Below are positions 8,892 through 18,375 of a stretch of 64,000 nt of DNA, one piece after another. Each line of letters begins with the position of its first letter. The first letter of the stretch is position 1. This stretch comes from a virus. Lineage: Duplodnaviria > Caudoviricetes. Position numbers and translations under genes: made by a program. The stretch covers positions 32,001-96,000 of IMG/VR virus record IMGVR_UViG_642973577_000001; one strand, 5' to 3'. A model generated the notes under the pieces. It did not search any database, was not told the origin of the DNA, and worked only from the letters and a program-made list of their open reading frames with translations.

Positions 8892-9059
8892 GTGCTCATC
8901 CTCGGAATCATCCTGATCGTCGTGGGTCTGCTCGTGCCATCGCTGCACGTGCTGTTCACCATCGGCGTCATCCTGGCCGTCATCGGCCTGGTCCTGCTGG
9001 TGCTCCCCGGCATCGGCGTGAACGGCGGTCGCCCCATCGGCGGACGTCGCTGGTACTAA
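8892..9059 (+). CDS. Small 2-TM membrane protein (DUF6131-like), 55 aa, not in the ORF track
   Basis: MLILGIILIVVGLLVPSLHVLFTIGVILAVIGLVLLVLPGIGVNGGRPIGGRRWY; GGGGAG RBS. Confidence 0.75.
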   Translation: MLILGIILIVVGLLVPSLHVLFTIGVILAVIGLVLLVLPGIGVNGGRPIGGRRWY

Positions 9060-9156
9060 CCTGGTCGGGGTCTTGCCGTGCGCAAGGGCGGGTCGCTTGA
9101 CGGCAGCAGGGTCCGCCGCCCCAACCAGTTCCCACCCACAGTGAAGAAGGAGCCAA

Positions 9157-9864
9157 GTGGCCGACGTACGTTTCACCAGTGTCATGCCCGTCGAGTTGAT
9201 CGACACCAACTTCTCCGACGCCCGCGTGTGCATCGCGGCTCGGACGTCAACCGCAGGAGCTGGCGCTGATGACGCCGAGCGGTTCGGCCTGATCAACGCG
9301 CTGATGCGCGACCGTCACGGCACTCCGTTCGAGCACATGAACGTCACGGTCCGGGTCACCGCACCGATCTTCGTCTGGCGCGAGCACCATCGTCACCGGG
9401 CGGGGTTCAGCTACAACGAGGAGTCGGGCCGCTACAAGCAGCTCGATCCGGTGTTCTACATCCCGTCGGTCGGGCGAGGCATCGCCAAGGTCGAGGGGAC
9501 CAAGAGCATGGACTACGTGCTCGCCATGGGAACCGGCGAGCAGCGCCGTATGGTCGACAGCGCCACGCACCAGGTGTGCGTGCTCGCCTATGAGGCCTAC
9601 GAGCGCCAGCTGGAGGGAGGCATCGTGCGCGAAGTCGCTCGCATGATCCTGCCCGTCAGCATCATGAGCACCTGCATCGTCACGATGAACGCCCGGTCGC
9701 TGATGGCCTTCCTCAGCCTCCGCCAGCGTCACGACGACGCCCTGTTCCCGAGCAAGCCCCAGTGGGAGATCAACCAGGTGGCCGACCAGTACGAGTCGAT
9801 CCTGGCCCAGTACGCGCCGATGACGCACCGGGCCTTCGTGCAGAACCGCCGAGTGGCACCCTAA
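9157..9864 (+). CDS. thyX: FAD-dependent thymidylate synthase ThyX
   Basis: HGTPFEH and RHRAGFSYNEESGRY (RHRx7-8SxR) motifs; REVARMILP; QWEI. Confidence 0.95.
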   Translation: MADVRFTSVMPVELIDTNFSDARVCIAARTSTAGAGADDAERFGLINALMRDRHGTPFEHMNVTVRVTAPIFVWREHHRHRAGFSYNEESGRYKQLDPVFYIPSVGRGIAKVEGTKSMDYVLAMGTGEQRRMVDSATHQVCVLAYEAYERQLEGGIVREVARMILPVSIMSTCIVTMNARSLMAFLSLRQRHDDALFPSKPQWEINQVADQYESILAQYAPMTHRAFVQNRRVAP

Positions 9865-9893
9865 ACCGTCCATACTCTCAAAAAGGCCAGGTC

Positions 9894-10145
9894 ATGCCAC
9901 AAATCGACGTCGAGTACAAGACCATCATGACAGCGAGCATCGACGAGGCTGAGAGCCTCGCGGGCTACCTGAACGAGCACGGCGTGTTCGCCGTCGTCAA
10001 CAGCGCCGATCACTCGGTGAGCGCCACGACGACCGACGCCGACTCCGACGCGCTGATCCGCACGCTCAAGGGCACCTGGCGTGCCTTCTGGGAGAACAGC
10101 GACTCGGGCCTGTTCGGGCTACCCATGTTCGTCAAGGAGAGCTGA
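9894..10145 (+). CDS. Hypothetical protein (83 aa)
   Basis: MPQIDVEY...; stop overlaps the next start. Confidence 0.7.
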   Translation: MPQIDVEYKTIMTASIDEAESLAGYLNEHGVFAVVNSADHSVSATTTDADSDALIRTLKGTWRAFWENSDSGLFGLPMFVKES

Positions 10146-10711
10146 TGGTGGAGCGTGTGGGGCGCTGTGATCCCGTGGGCGACCGCAAGCGGATCGAAGC
10201 CATGAAGATCAAGGACGCCAGCGCCGAGCAGTCCAAGAAGACCGGCGGCATGGTCGCGCTCTACCCGCGTCGTCAGGACCTGGAGAACCTGGTCATCGAC
10301 GACCCCAAGGCCGAGCCGATCGACGACCTGCACATGACAGTGATCTTCCTCGGCGAGGACGTCACCGGGCAGGACCCTACAGAGCTGATCAGTCAGCTCG
10401 ACTACATGGCGCAGAACTACCAGCCGATCGAGGCCAAGGTGTTCGCCCACGCGGCGTTCAACCCGACCGGCGACGAGCCGTGCGCGGTCTACCTGGTCGG
10501 CGACAACATCGACATCGTGGACTTCTACCAGGACATGAAGAAGTTCGTCGAGGACCGCTACCCCGGCTCCAAGGAGCAGCACCCGGTGTATACTCCACAT
10601 ATTACAGCGGGCTACGGTATCCCCATCTCAAAACTGCAGTTCACGGGGGAGATTACTCTCGAACGCATCGGTCTCCGGTGGCAAGGCGAGGAACACGACT
10701 GGGACCTGTAA
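10145..10711 (+). CDS. 2H phosphoesterase (LigT / T4 gp57B-Acb1-like)
   Basis: Two HxT motifs: DLHMTVIF and TPHITAGY. Confidence 0.85.
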   Translation: MVERVGRCDPVGDRKRIEAMKIKDASAEQSKKTGGMVALYPRRQDLENLVIDDPKAEPIDDLHMTVIFLGEDVTGQDPTELISQLDYMAQNYQPIEAKVFAHAAFNPTGDEPCAVYLVGDNIDIVDFYQDMKKFVEDRYPGSKEQHPVYTPHITAGYGIPISKLQFTGEITLERIGLRWQGEEHDWDL

Positions 10712-11148
10712 TGCAGGGTCTTCGGATGCCGGTACTGCCTGGTCACGCGGCCAAGGTGCTGACCGAGAAGGTGGAGCGGCTGGACAACGGCTGCCTGGTG
10801 TCTTCTCGCACGCCGTCGCAGGTTCGCCCGTGCGTCGGCATCCCCGGACGCCGGAGGGTGCTCGCCTACCGCGTGGTGGCCGCAGTGGCGGCGGGACGCC
10901 CGATCGAGGCCGACGAGGACGTCCACCACACGTGCGAGAACTGCCGCTGTGTAGAGCCTGATCACCTGGTCATTCAGCCCAGGGAAGAGCACCGCATCCA
11001 CCACGCCGAGGAGAAGCGTCAGGACGCCTGCTCGGTGCACGGCACCCCGTACGATCGCATCGACGACAGAGGCTGGGGTATCTGCCTGGCGTGCCGTCGT
11101 GACGCTATGCGTCGGCTCCGCGCCGCCAAGAGGCTCGTGAACCTGTAG
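10711..11148 (+). CDS. HNH endonuclease
   Basis: DVHHTCENCRCVEPDHL motif plus C-terminal Cys cluster; TAATG coupling to the upstream gene. Confidence 0.85.
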   Translation: MQGLRMPVLPGHAAKVLTEKVERLDNGCLVSSRTPSQVRPCVGIPGRRRVLAYRVVAAVAAGRPIEADEDVHHTCENCRCVEPDHLVIQPREEHRIHHAEEKRQDACSVHGTPYDRIDDRGWGICLACRRDAMRRLRAAKRLVNL

Positions 11149-11178
11149 CAAGACCCTGTTCGCCCCGGAAGTAGTAGA
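11142..11178 (+). promoter_or_regulatory. Candidate late promoter
   Basis: CCTGT-19 nt-CGGAAGTAGTAGA. Confidence 0.6.
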
Positions 11179-11196
11179 GGCTTCCGAGGAGGACAG

Positions 11197-14100
11197 ATGC
11201 AGCACGTCTACACCGACGACTACGGCTACGGTCAGGTCGTCGAGTCCAAGGTCACTCGCGGTCGCACCGAGTACCGCGTGGCTGGACCGGACTTCGACGT
11301 CTGGATGCCAGCGACCAAGGTGGCTTTCGCCCCGGTGGACCGCAGCAACAGCGTCGACCTGCCGTACGACCCGGCTCCGCAGTTCGGAGTCGGCCCGCTC
11401 ACCGAGAGCACGATCCAGCCGATTCACGAGATCGACGCCGACGAGCGCACCAGCCCCGCCGACTCGCAGACGTTCGAGAACCGCAGCCGCGACGAGGGCG
11501 ATGAGCGCGGCGAGCCGGGACCCAACCCTGACCTCTTCGCCAAGAGCGCCGCGCTGGGCGACTACCCGCGTGGTGCCGGTGGCATCGAGGCAGGACCGGA
11601 CGAGGCGCACGCGCACTGGATGGACCAGAACCAGGGCCAGGCCTGGGAGCACGAGTCGCCGTACTACCAGGGCGGCGACGGTCCCTCGCAGGACTACATG
11701 GACCACCACGGCACCGAGGGCTGGCTGCCCGAGGACGAAGATCCGCTGGCGGCGGCGATGGCCCACGAGGACAGCGGCCACGACCCCGGCGACCACGAGC
11801 GGATGAACGCCGACTACTGGCGTGGCCAGGACGCGGAGCTGAACCGGTTCGGCAGCTACCACGAGGCCGACGTGCTCAACACCGACGTCGAGCGCACGCC
11901 GTTCGAGCCTGACTACATGATCGTCAACGACACCGACGACGACTACCTGCGTGACGTGGACGTCCAGGAGGACGAGCGCGAGACGACCGGCCCGGAGGGC
12001 ATCGTCCACTTCGCCGGTCGCATCATGCACGCCAACCCGGCAGCGGCTCTGGCCGTACCGCTGGCGCGTGGACTGGCCACCGGCCTGGCCGGAGGAGCCG
12101 CCGAGCGCGTCATGGGTGGCGGCAGCAACGACATGGCAGCCCCGCCGCAGGGCGGCGAGGAGCAGGGTGGCGCACCGGGCAACCCGGTCACCGACCTGGG
12201 CAACAAGGCTAAGGAGCAGCTGACCAAGGAGGACCCGCTGCCCCTGCCCGACCTCGGCTACGGCTGGGGCGACATGACCGGCAAGATGGGCAGCTACCGG
12301 CCCGCCGGTCTCGACGAGAGGTACGCCGACATCACGGCCTCTGTCGACCCGATGGTGGCTCAGTTTCGCAACGACCCGGCGGCATTCATCGAGCGTGTGG
12401 GCCACTCGCAGAGCGAGGGACTGAACCCGCGCATCGCGCAGTACGGCGAGATGGTCGAGGCCGACGAGATGCTGCGCACCGCAGCGTGGGCCGACGTCCG
12501 GGCCAAGGCCAAGCGCCTGCGCGCTGAGGGCCGCGTCCACGTCAAGGACGTCGACTACGACCGCATCTACGCGACGGTCCAGGGCGACCACGGCACCTAC
12601 GAGACCATGATCAAGAAGGGCGGTGCCTACGGCGGCAACGGTGGCCAGTCGATCACGCACTGGCACTGCGGCTGCGAGTGGGGCAAGTGGGCCTTCGCCC
12701 GCCGCCTGACCTTCGTGGGACGGCTGTGCTCGCACGGCTACGCCGCCTACCAGGAGATGCAGTCGGCGCACGTCAAGGGCAAGCCACGCCGTCAGCGCAA
12801 GAACCCGCGCAACGCCTCGGTGCACGAGGCCAACCCAGCGGCGCTGCTGGCTCCGCTGGTGATGCGTGCCCTGCCGTCGCTGGCCGGTGGAGCCATCGGT
12901 GAGCACCTCTCCGACGACGAGGGTGGCGAAGGCGGCGGCGGCATGATGGGCGCTATCTCGCCCGCCTCGGCCATCCTCGGTTCGACCCACTACGCGGGCG
13001 AGGACGAGACCACCCAGGACTGGAAGGTCAAGGGCACAGGCGAGGCCAAGAGCGCGCTGGAGGACATCCGCGACTGGGCCGAGACCCCGCAGGAGGACGA
13101 CTTCGGCAACATGGAGAACCGGGTCGAGGAGATCCGGGACGCCGTGGAGCGCGCCCGCGAGCAGGGCGTGGACGCCGACCAGCTGGTGGCCAGCCTCCGG
13201 CGTCAGGCCGCACCGGGCGACGACCCATTCGCGCCTGGCAGCCCGCTGGGCGGACAGCCTCCGGCCCAGGACCCCACGGGCGGCGGTCTGCAGAACCCCG
13301 CAGCGCCCCGTCCACCGGGCGGCAGCGCAGCACCGGGTCAGATCGGACCCTTCCCCGCTCCGCAGTCGGTAGCCGACCAGCAGCGGGCACCAGAGACGGC
13401 CACCCCGTTGGGTGAGCTGCTCGGCGCTCCGCCGCCATCGGCACCCGCACCGTCGACCCAGGCCCAGTCGCCGACGGCTGGACCGGGCACCGGCAACAGC
13501 GAGGGCATCCAGGGTCCGGGCATCCCCGGCAACCCCGGAGCGCCTGCCGAGTCGGTGTACAAGGACTGGTACGGCGATCCCGGCGCGGACGCCGACACCG
13601 GCACGACTGATCAGTCCAGCGGCTCCACCGGAGGCGGAGGCGGCGGAGGCGGCGCGGCAACGCCAGGAACGGGCGACAGCGCCACCCCTGACGTCGCGCT
13701 GGACGCTGCATCCGGCGGTGAGGCCTCGGCACCAGGTAGCGCGGAGGCCACCACCGACGCGGCTACCAACCCGGCCACCGACGAGCAGCAGGACACGGCC
13801 AACACCGAGGGCACGGGCACGGGCGCACCGGACCCGATGTCCAGCGACACCGGCTCGTCCATGGGCGGCTTCGACATGAGCCAGATCGGCGACACCGTGA
13901 GCGGCATCAGCGATGCCGTCTCGTCGGGCGTGGGCGCGGCCACCGACATCGCCAGCTCGATCGGCGACATGATGAGCAGCTTCACCGCATCGCGGCAGGC
14001 GTCCCTGGAGGCCGACCCCGAGTGGATCAAGCTGGCCTACCCGGACGGCGCACCCGACCACAAGCCGTTCAACGGCTCGGGAGGCACGCAGAAGGTCGAC

Positions 14101-14664
14101 TGGGAGCAGTCCAAGGACGTCGTGAAGGAGCACTACAGCGACGGCATCGAGGACGTGACCGAGGTGCCCGACGAGAGCTACCTGACCAAGGACCTGGAGC
14201 CGGAGCGCAAGAAGTGGGCTGAGGGTGCCGTGGGCATCCAGCGCGCCGGTAGCGGACCGCGCCGGTACGTGGAGCCGGAGGTCGTCAGCGTGCGTGGACC
14301 GCGTAAGCAGACGGTCGAGGCCGCGTTCGATCCCGCCGACGACTTCGACCCGCTGGCACCGCGCACCGCTGCGAGCTTCCTGGACGAGGAGCCAGGTGCT
14401 CCGATCGACATCGTGGCGCAGTTCCAGGCCGCGAACGCCGATCTGATGTCGGCCAACAGCGGACCGGCCAAGACCCAGTACGACGACTTCTCGGACTCGC
14501 CCGCCTTCAAGAAGGCCATGCAGCGGACCGCCGGTCGCCAGTACTCGCTGGCCGAGCAGGCTGCGCTGGTGGCCGAGGGCAAGAAGGGCGGCGCACGCAA
14601 CCTGGACCAGCTGGACCTGCGTGGCACCCACTACGAGGCCGAGCACAGCGTTGGCCTGTGGTAA
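11197..14664 (+). CDS. Large head-region protein with a SWIM-type Zn finger (1155 aa)
   Basis: HCGCEW...RLCSH (CxC..CxH); low-complexity linkers; GAGGAGG RBS. Confidence 0.8.
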   Translation: MQHVYTDDYGYGQVVESKVTRGRTEYRVAGPDFDVWMPATKVAFAPVDRSNSVDLPYDPAPQFGVGPLTESTIQPIHEIDADERTSPADSQTFENRSRDEGDERGEPGPNPDLFAKSAALGDYPRGAGGIEAGPDEAHAHWMDQNQGQAWEHESPYYQGGDGPSQDYMDHHGTEGWLPEDEDPLAAAMAHEDSGHDPGDHERMNADYWRGQDAELNRFGSYHEADVLNTDVERTPFEPDYMIVNDTDDDYLRDVDVQEDERETTGPEGIVHFAGRIMHANPAAALAVPLARGLATGLAGGAAERVMGGGSNDMAAPPQGGEEQGGAPGNPVTDLGNKAKEQLTKEDPLPLPDLGYGWGDMTGKMGSYRPAGLDERYADITASVDPMVAQFRNDPAAFIERVGHSQSEGLNPRIAQYGEMVEADEMLRTAAWADVRAKAKRLRAEGRVHVKDVDYDRIYATVQGDHGTYETMIKKGGAYGGNGGQSITHWHCGCEWGKWAFARRLTFVGRLCSHGYAAYQEMQSAHVKGKPRRQRKNPRNASVHEANPAALLAPLVMRALPSLAGGAIGEHLSDDEGGEGGGGMMGAISPASAILGSTHYAGEDETTQDWKVKGTGEAKSALEDIRDWAETPQEDDFGNMENRVEEIRDAVERAREQGVDADQLVASLRRQAAPGDDPFAPGSPLGGQPPAQDPTGGGLQNPAAPRPPGGSAAPGQIGPFPAPQSVADQQRAPETATPLGELLGAPPPSAPAPSTQAQSPTAGPGTGNSEGIQGPGIPGNPGAPAESVYKDWYGDPGADADTGTTDQSSGSTGGGGGGGGAATPGTGDSATPDVALDAASGGEASAPGSAEATTDAATNPATDEQQDTANTEGTGTGAPDPMSSDTGSSMGGFDMSQIGDTVSGISDAVSSGVGAATDIASSIGDMMSSFTASRQASLEADPEWIKLAYPDGAPDHKPFNGSGGTQKVDWEQSKDVVKEHYSDGIEDVTEVPDESYLTKDLEPERKKWAEGAVGIQRAGSGPRRYVEPEVVSVRGPRKQTVEAAFDPADDFDPLAPRTAASFLDEEPGAPIDIVAQFQAANADLMSANSGPAKTQYDDFSDSPAFKKAMQRTAGRQYSLAEQAALVAEGKKGGARNLDQLDLRGTHYEAEHSVGLW

Positions 14665-14690
14665 TCGCGACGACCGCCTAGAAGTAGAGA
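14655..14690 (+). promoter_or_regulatory. Candidate late promoter
   Basis: CCTGT-19 nt-TAGAAGTAGAGA. Confidence 0.6.
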
Positions 14691-14699
14691 GGAGGTGTC

Positions 14700-17600
14700 G
14701 TGAGCACCACACGTGAGCTGGTGGTGGGTACGGAGAACGTCATCCGTACCCCGTCCAAGCAGGCGATCCGCAAGAAGATCGGCAAGAGCCACACCCTGCC
14801 TGGCTTCCAGATCAAGCCCGGTTACCTGTACACGGTGGTTCGCGCCATCTCCGCACGGGTCAACCAGAACTTCGACGGCTGGCCGTCAAACGAGCTGCGC
14901 GAGGCCGCGCATACGTTCGTCGGCAAGCCGGTGTTCGTCAACCACGAGAACTACGACCCGAATGAGGCGCGTGGTGTTGTGGTTGCTGCGCGCTACATCG
15001 AGAACGGGCGCGACAAGTACATCGAGGTCGTCCAGGAGATCGACGCCGTGAGCTTCCCCAAGCTCGCGCACGAGATCAAGACGGGTGGACTCGATAGCGT
15101 CTCCATGGGAGCAGAGGCCGGGTTTACCATCTGCTCCGCCTGCGGCAACAAGGCGCAGGACATGGAGGACATGTGCTACCACGTGCTCTTCAAGAAGGGC
15201 GAGACGGTCAACGTCCGCAACAAGAAGACCGGCAAGGTGGAGCAGAAGCTGGTCTACGAGAGCTGCCACAAGCTCTCGTTCTTCGAGCTGAGCTACGTCT
15301 TCGACCCCGCAGACGAGACGGCTGTGGCGTCCAAGGTCATCGTCGGCAAGCGGCAGCACCAGCACGTCGCGGGCCAGTGCGGTCCAGGTGACACCGACTG
15401 CGCTGCCACCTTCCCGGACCCACGCGGGCTGCCCGAGACGGCCTACCCGTCCGGTGGTGGAGGTGGAGCTGCAGCGGGCACGCCAGCGGTCGACACGAGC
15501 GCGATCGAGGGCCAGCCAGGCGGCGGCGGATCGCCCGGAGCCGACGGCATCATGGACAGCTCGCGAGGGCTGTACGACACGATCAAGCAGTACCACGACG
15601 GCGAGATCGGCGGGTACCGCGAGGACAGCTACGGCGAGCACGCCAACGGTGCGCTGGACGTCATGACGAGCGACCCGGCCACGGTCGAGCGCGTCAAGGC
15701 TGACGCCTTCGCCGCCGGTTCGCCGTACGTGCTCTGGAACCAGACGCAGTGGAACGCCGACGGCACCAGCAGCCCGATGGAGGACCGGGGAGACCCGACC
15801 CAGAACCACATGGACCACGTGCACACCGCGCCGATCGGCAACAAGGCCGCACGCAAGGCCTTCATCGCCAAGATCGCCGAGTACGTGCCGGAGAACAGCC
15901 AGAAGACCCAGCGCCCCGGCACCCTGCCGACCTACACCAAGGCGCATGCATTCTTCGACCAGCTGGGAGCACCGCACGACAAGGGCACCGCTGGCGTGCT
16001 CGACTACGGCGCTGGCCTGGGCCACAGCGGCAAGTGGGGACACACCTACGAGCCGCACCCGCAGACCGGTTTCGAGCCGACCTACACCAAGGCCGAGGAC
16101 GTGCCGGAGGGCGCATATCACCGGGTCACGAACCTGAACGTGCTGAACGTGGTGCCGCCGGAGATCCGCCACCAGATCGTGGACGGCATCGGTCGGTCGC
16201 TGGCACCTGGTGGCCACGCCATCATCACCACCCGTGGCCTCAAGGAGGTCCAGCAGGCCAAGAACGCGGTGCCTGCCGACAACGGCGACTTCGGCGCGGT
16301 ACGGGTTCGCCCCGACACCCCGCACGAGACCTACCAGAAGGGCTTCACGCCCAAGGAGCTGCACCAGTACGTGTCCGAGCGGCTGGGACCGGAGTACACG
16401 GTCAAGCCCCTCAAGCTCGGACCAGCGGGCGTTCACGTCGTCCGCAACGGAGGAGACCAGCTGATGACAGCTTTCAAGCAGGAAGTGCGTGCGCACATCA
16501 TGAAGAAGGCCTGGGGCGAGATCGAGGCTCCGCAGGCCGTCGACACCCTGCGCGAAGAGGGGTCCGCGCCGGAGGACGACAACGACGACTTCCACCACTA
16601 CGTCGACAGCCCGCAGGAGCTGTCGATGCCCGACCTGTCTCAGGCCAACCAGCTCGACCGCGAGCAGGCCGCAGGCGAGGCCCAGGCCGGTCCGATGAAC
16701 CCGGAGGCCATGGGCAACCCCAACGGCGGCGGCATCCCCGGCCCTGCCGAGGGTGGACCGCCTCCGGGCGCACAGCCACCGGGTGGTGGCCAGCAGTACA
16801 TGACGCTCCAGATCCCGATCCCCGGATCGGGAGCTGCCCCTGGCGGCACTCCGCCTCCGGCTGTTCCGATGCAGTCGTTCGCGGGCAAGGGTGCCGTCTC
16901 GGGCCGCACGTTGGCTTGGATGGAGCGTTACTTCGGCCACAGGGTCGCCAACTGGCAGGACGCAATCGTCGCTGGCAGGGACCTCACGCCGGAGGAGAAG
17001 GCTGACTTCAACCGGGAGGCAGCCCTGTGGACCCTGGAAAACCGGGTCGCAGAATCTGGAAGCAGTAGGAACACCACGAGAGGAACCGCCAACATGGCAC
17101 GCAGCACCTTGGCATCGCGCCGGAAGACGGCGGGCACCCGGCACTTCGCCGAGGGTCCGCTCGTGGACACGGGCGACCAGTCGCGCAACGACCAGGGCGA
17201 GCAGGAAGAGGCGTTCATCACCGAGACGCCGCCCGAGGTCTCCGACACCCTGCCCGACGACGACACGTCGAACATCTCGAACACCGAGGGCAACCTGGTG
17301 GCCGACGCCGAGTACGCCCGCAGCCTGACCTCCAAGCTCGCGCAGCAGCGCGCCGCCCTGGAGGCCACCGCTCGCGAGTACGCCCGCGTGGCCGGTCGCA
17401 AGTTCACCGCCGACGAGTACGCGGGTGGCCCGGTGGCCACCGAGGTCGATCCGACCGTGCAGACCGAGGCTGGCGAGAAGCTGACCGGAGACGACTTCGA
17501 CAGCGCCGCCACCCCGGAGCCGGGTATCGACACCAGCCCCGCCGGTCCGGGCACGACCACCCTGCCGATCGAGTCGAGCCTCAAGGCGTTCCAGACCTTC

Positions 17601-18335
17601 GACCGCTGGCTGACCGCTTCGACGGGCAAGTCGAGCCGCGAGCACAGCGAGAAGAACATCAAGCGCGCCGCGCAGCAGTTCGCCGCCTACAACAAGATCA
17701 AGGTGGCAGCTCTGTATCCGGCACTGGGAATCGTGCTTCGACAGGCCCGAAAGGTTGAGGCCGAGAAGAAGGGACAGCCCGTGCGCAAGAAGGCAGTGGA
17801 TCTTGAGACCGCCGCACCGGACGAGCGCGTCTCCGTTCCGGCACCGGTCTCCAACACCACCGACGCCGAGGCTCAGGCGAGCCAGTACGACGAGGAGGGC
17901 TTCGGTAACAACGCCGGAGACGACATCTCGGAGTACGACGGCTCGACCGGTCAGAACTTCGCTCCGGGTCAGGCACCCAACAAGAGCGCCAAGAAGGCCG
18001 ACGGCATTCTGGCCATCCGCTGCGCGGAGGCCATGATCGCCGCCGGTCTCGAACCGAACACCCGCGAGCGGAAGTACCAGCTCGCTGCGCAGTTCGAGAA
18101 GATGTCACGCGGTCTGATCATGGACCGCACCGCGCTCGCTGAGCGGTTCGCCATGGTGCGCCAGGCGGACAACCAGCGGTACGCGCAGAAGGTCGCCAGC
18201 GGAAGGACTCGCGGGACCGCATCGCCAGTACCACCAGGCATGGGCCACGGCGGAGGCGGAAACACCGCGCCTCGCACGGCCTCGCGTCGGGTGGCGGCAA
18301 ACGATCCCGTCAACGACAGCCTGATGTTCGGCTAA
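14700..18335 (+). CDS. Capsid maturation protease / scaffold fusion with inserted peptidase-like and SAM-methyltransferase domains
   Basis: N-terminal GKPVFVNH..DSVSMG..CSACGN..FFELSYV.DPAD protease-like domain; IGGYR..EHANGALD..NHMDHVH; VLDYGAGLG..NVLNVV; acidic C-terminus; directly upstream of decoration and MCP genes. Confidence 0.75.
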   Translation: MSTTRELVVGTENVIRTPSKQAIRKKIGKSHTLPGFQIKPGYLYTVVRAISARVNQNFDGWPSNELREAAHTFVGKPVFVNHENYDPNEARGVVVAARYIENGRDKYIEVVQEIDAVSFPKLAHEIKTGGLDSVSMGAEAGFTICSACGNKAQDMEDMCYHVLFKKGETVNVRNKKTGKVEQKLVYESCHKLSFFELSYVFDPADETAVASKVIVGKRQHQHVAGQCGPGDTDCAATFPDPRGLPETAYPSGGGGGAAAGTPAVDTSAIEGQPGGGGSPGADGIMDSSRGLYDTIKQYHDGEIGGYREDSYGEHANGALDVMTSDPATVERVKADAFAAGSPYVLWNQTQWNADGTSSPMEDRGDPTQNHMDHVHTAPIGNKAARKAFIAKIAEYVPENSQKTQRPGTLPTYTKAHAFFDQLGAPHDKGTAGVLDYGAGLGHSGKWGHTYEPHPQTGFEPTYTKAEDVPEGAYHRVTNLNVLNVVPPEIRHQIVDGIGRSLAPGGHAIITTRGLKEVQQAKNAVPADNGDFGAVRVRPDTPHETYQKGFTPKELHQYVSERLGPEYTVKPLKLGPAGVHVVRNGGDQLMTAFKQEVRAHIMKKAWGEIEAPQAVDTLREEGSAPEDDNDDFHHYVDSPQELSMPDLSQANQLDREQAAGEAQAGPMNPEAMGNPNGGGIPGPAEGGPPPGAQPPGGGQQYMTLQIPIPGSGAAPGGTPPPAVPMQSFAGKGAVSGRTLAWMERYFGHRVANWQDAIVAGRDLTPEEKADFNREAALWTLENRVAESGSSRNTTRGTANMARSTLASRRKTAGTRHFAEGPLVDTGDQSRNDQGEQEEAFITETPPEVSDTLPDDDTSNISNTEGNLVADAEYARSLTSKLAQQRAALEATAREYARVAGRKFTADEYAGGPVATEVDPTVQTEAGEKLTGDDFDSAATPEPGIDTSPAGPGTTTLPIESSLKAFQTFDRWLTASTGKSSREHSEKNIKRAAQQFAAYNKIKVAALYPALGIVLRQARKVEAEKKGQPVRKKAVDLETAAPDERVSVPAPVSNTTDAEAQASQYDEEGFGNNAGDDISEYDGSTGQNFAPGQAPNKSAKKADGILAIRCAEAMIAAGLEPNTRERKYQLAAQFEKMSRGLIMDRTALAERFAMVRQADNQRYAQKVASGRTRGTASPVPPGMGHGGGGNTAPRTASRRVAANDPVNDSLMFG
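17033..17069 (+). promoter_or_regulatory. Intragenic candidate late promoter before a putative scaffold start (ATG 17094)
   Basis: CCTGG-19 nt-TGGAAGCAGTAGG, then AGAGGA RBS and an in-frame ATG. Confidence 0.55.
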
Positions 18336-18375
18336 GCCGCAGGCAGTCACCGAGTTCTACGAAAGGAGTTGAATC

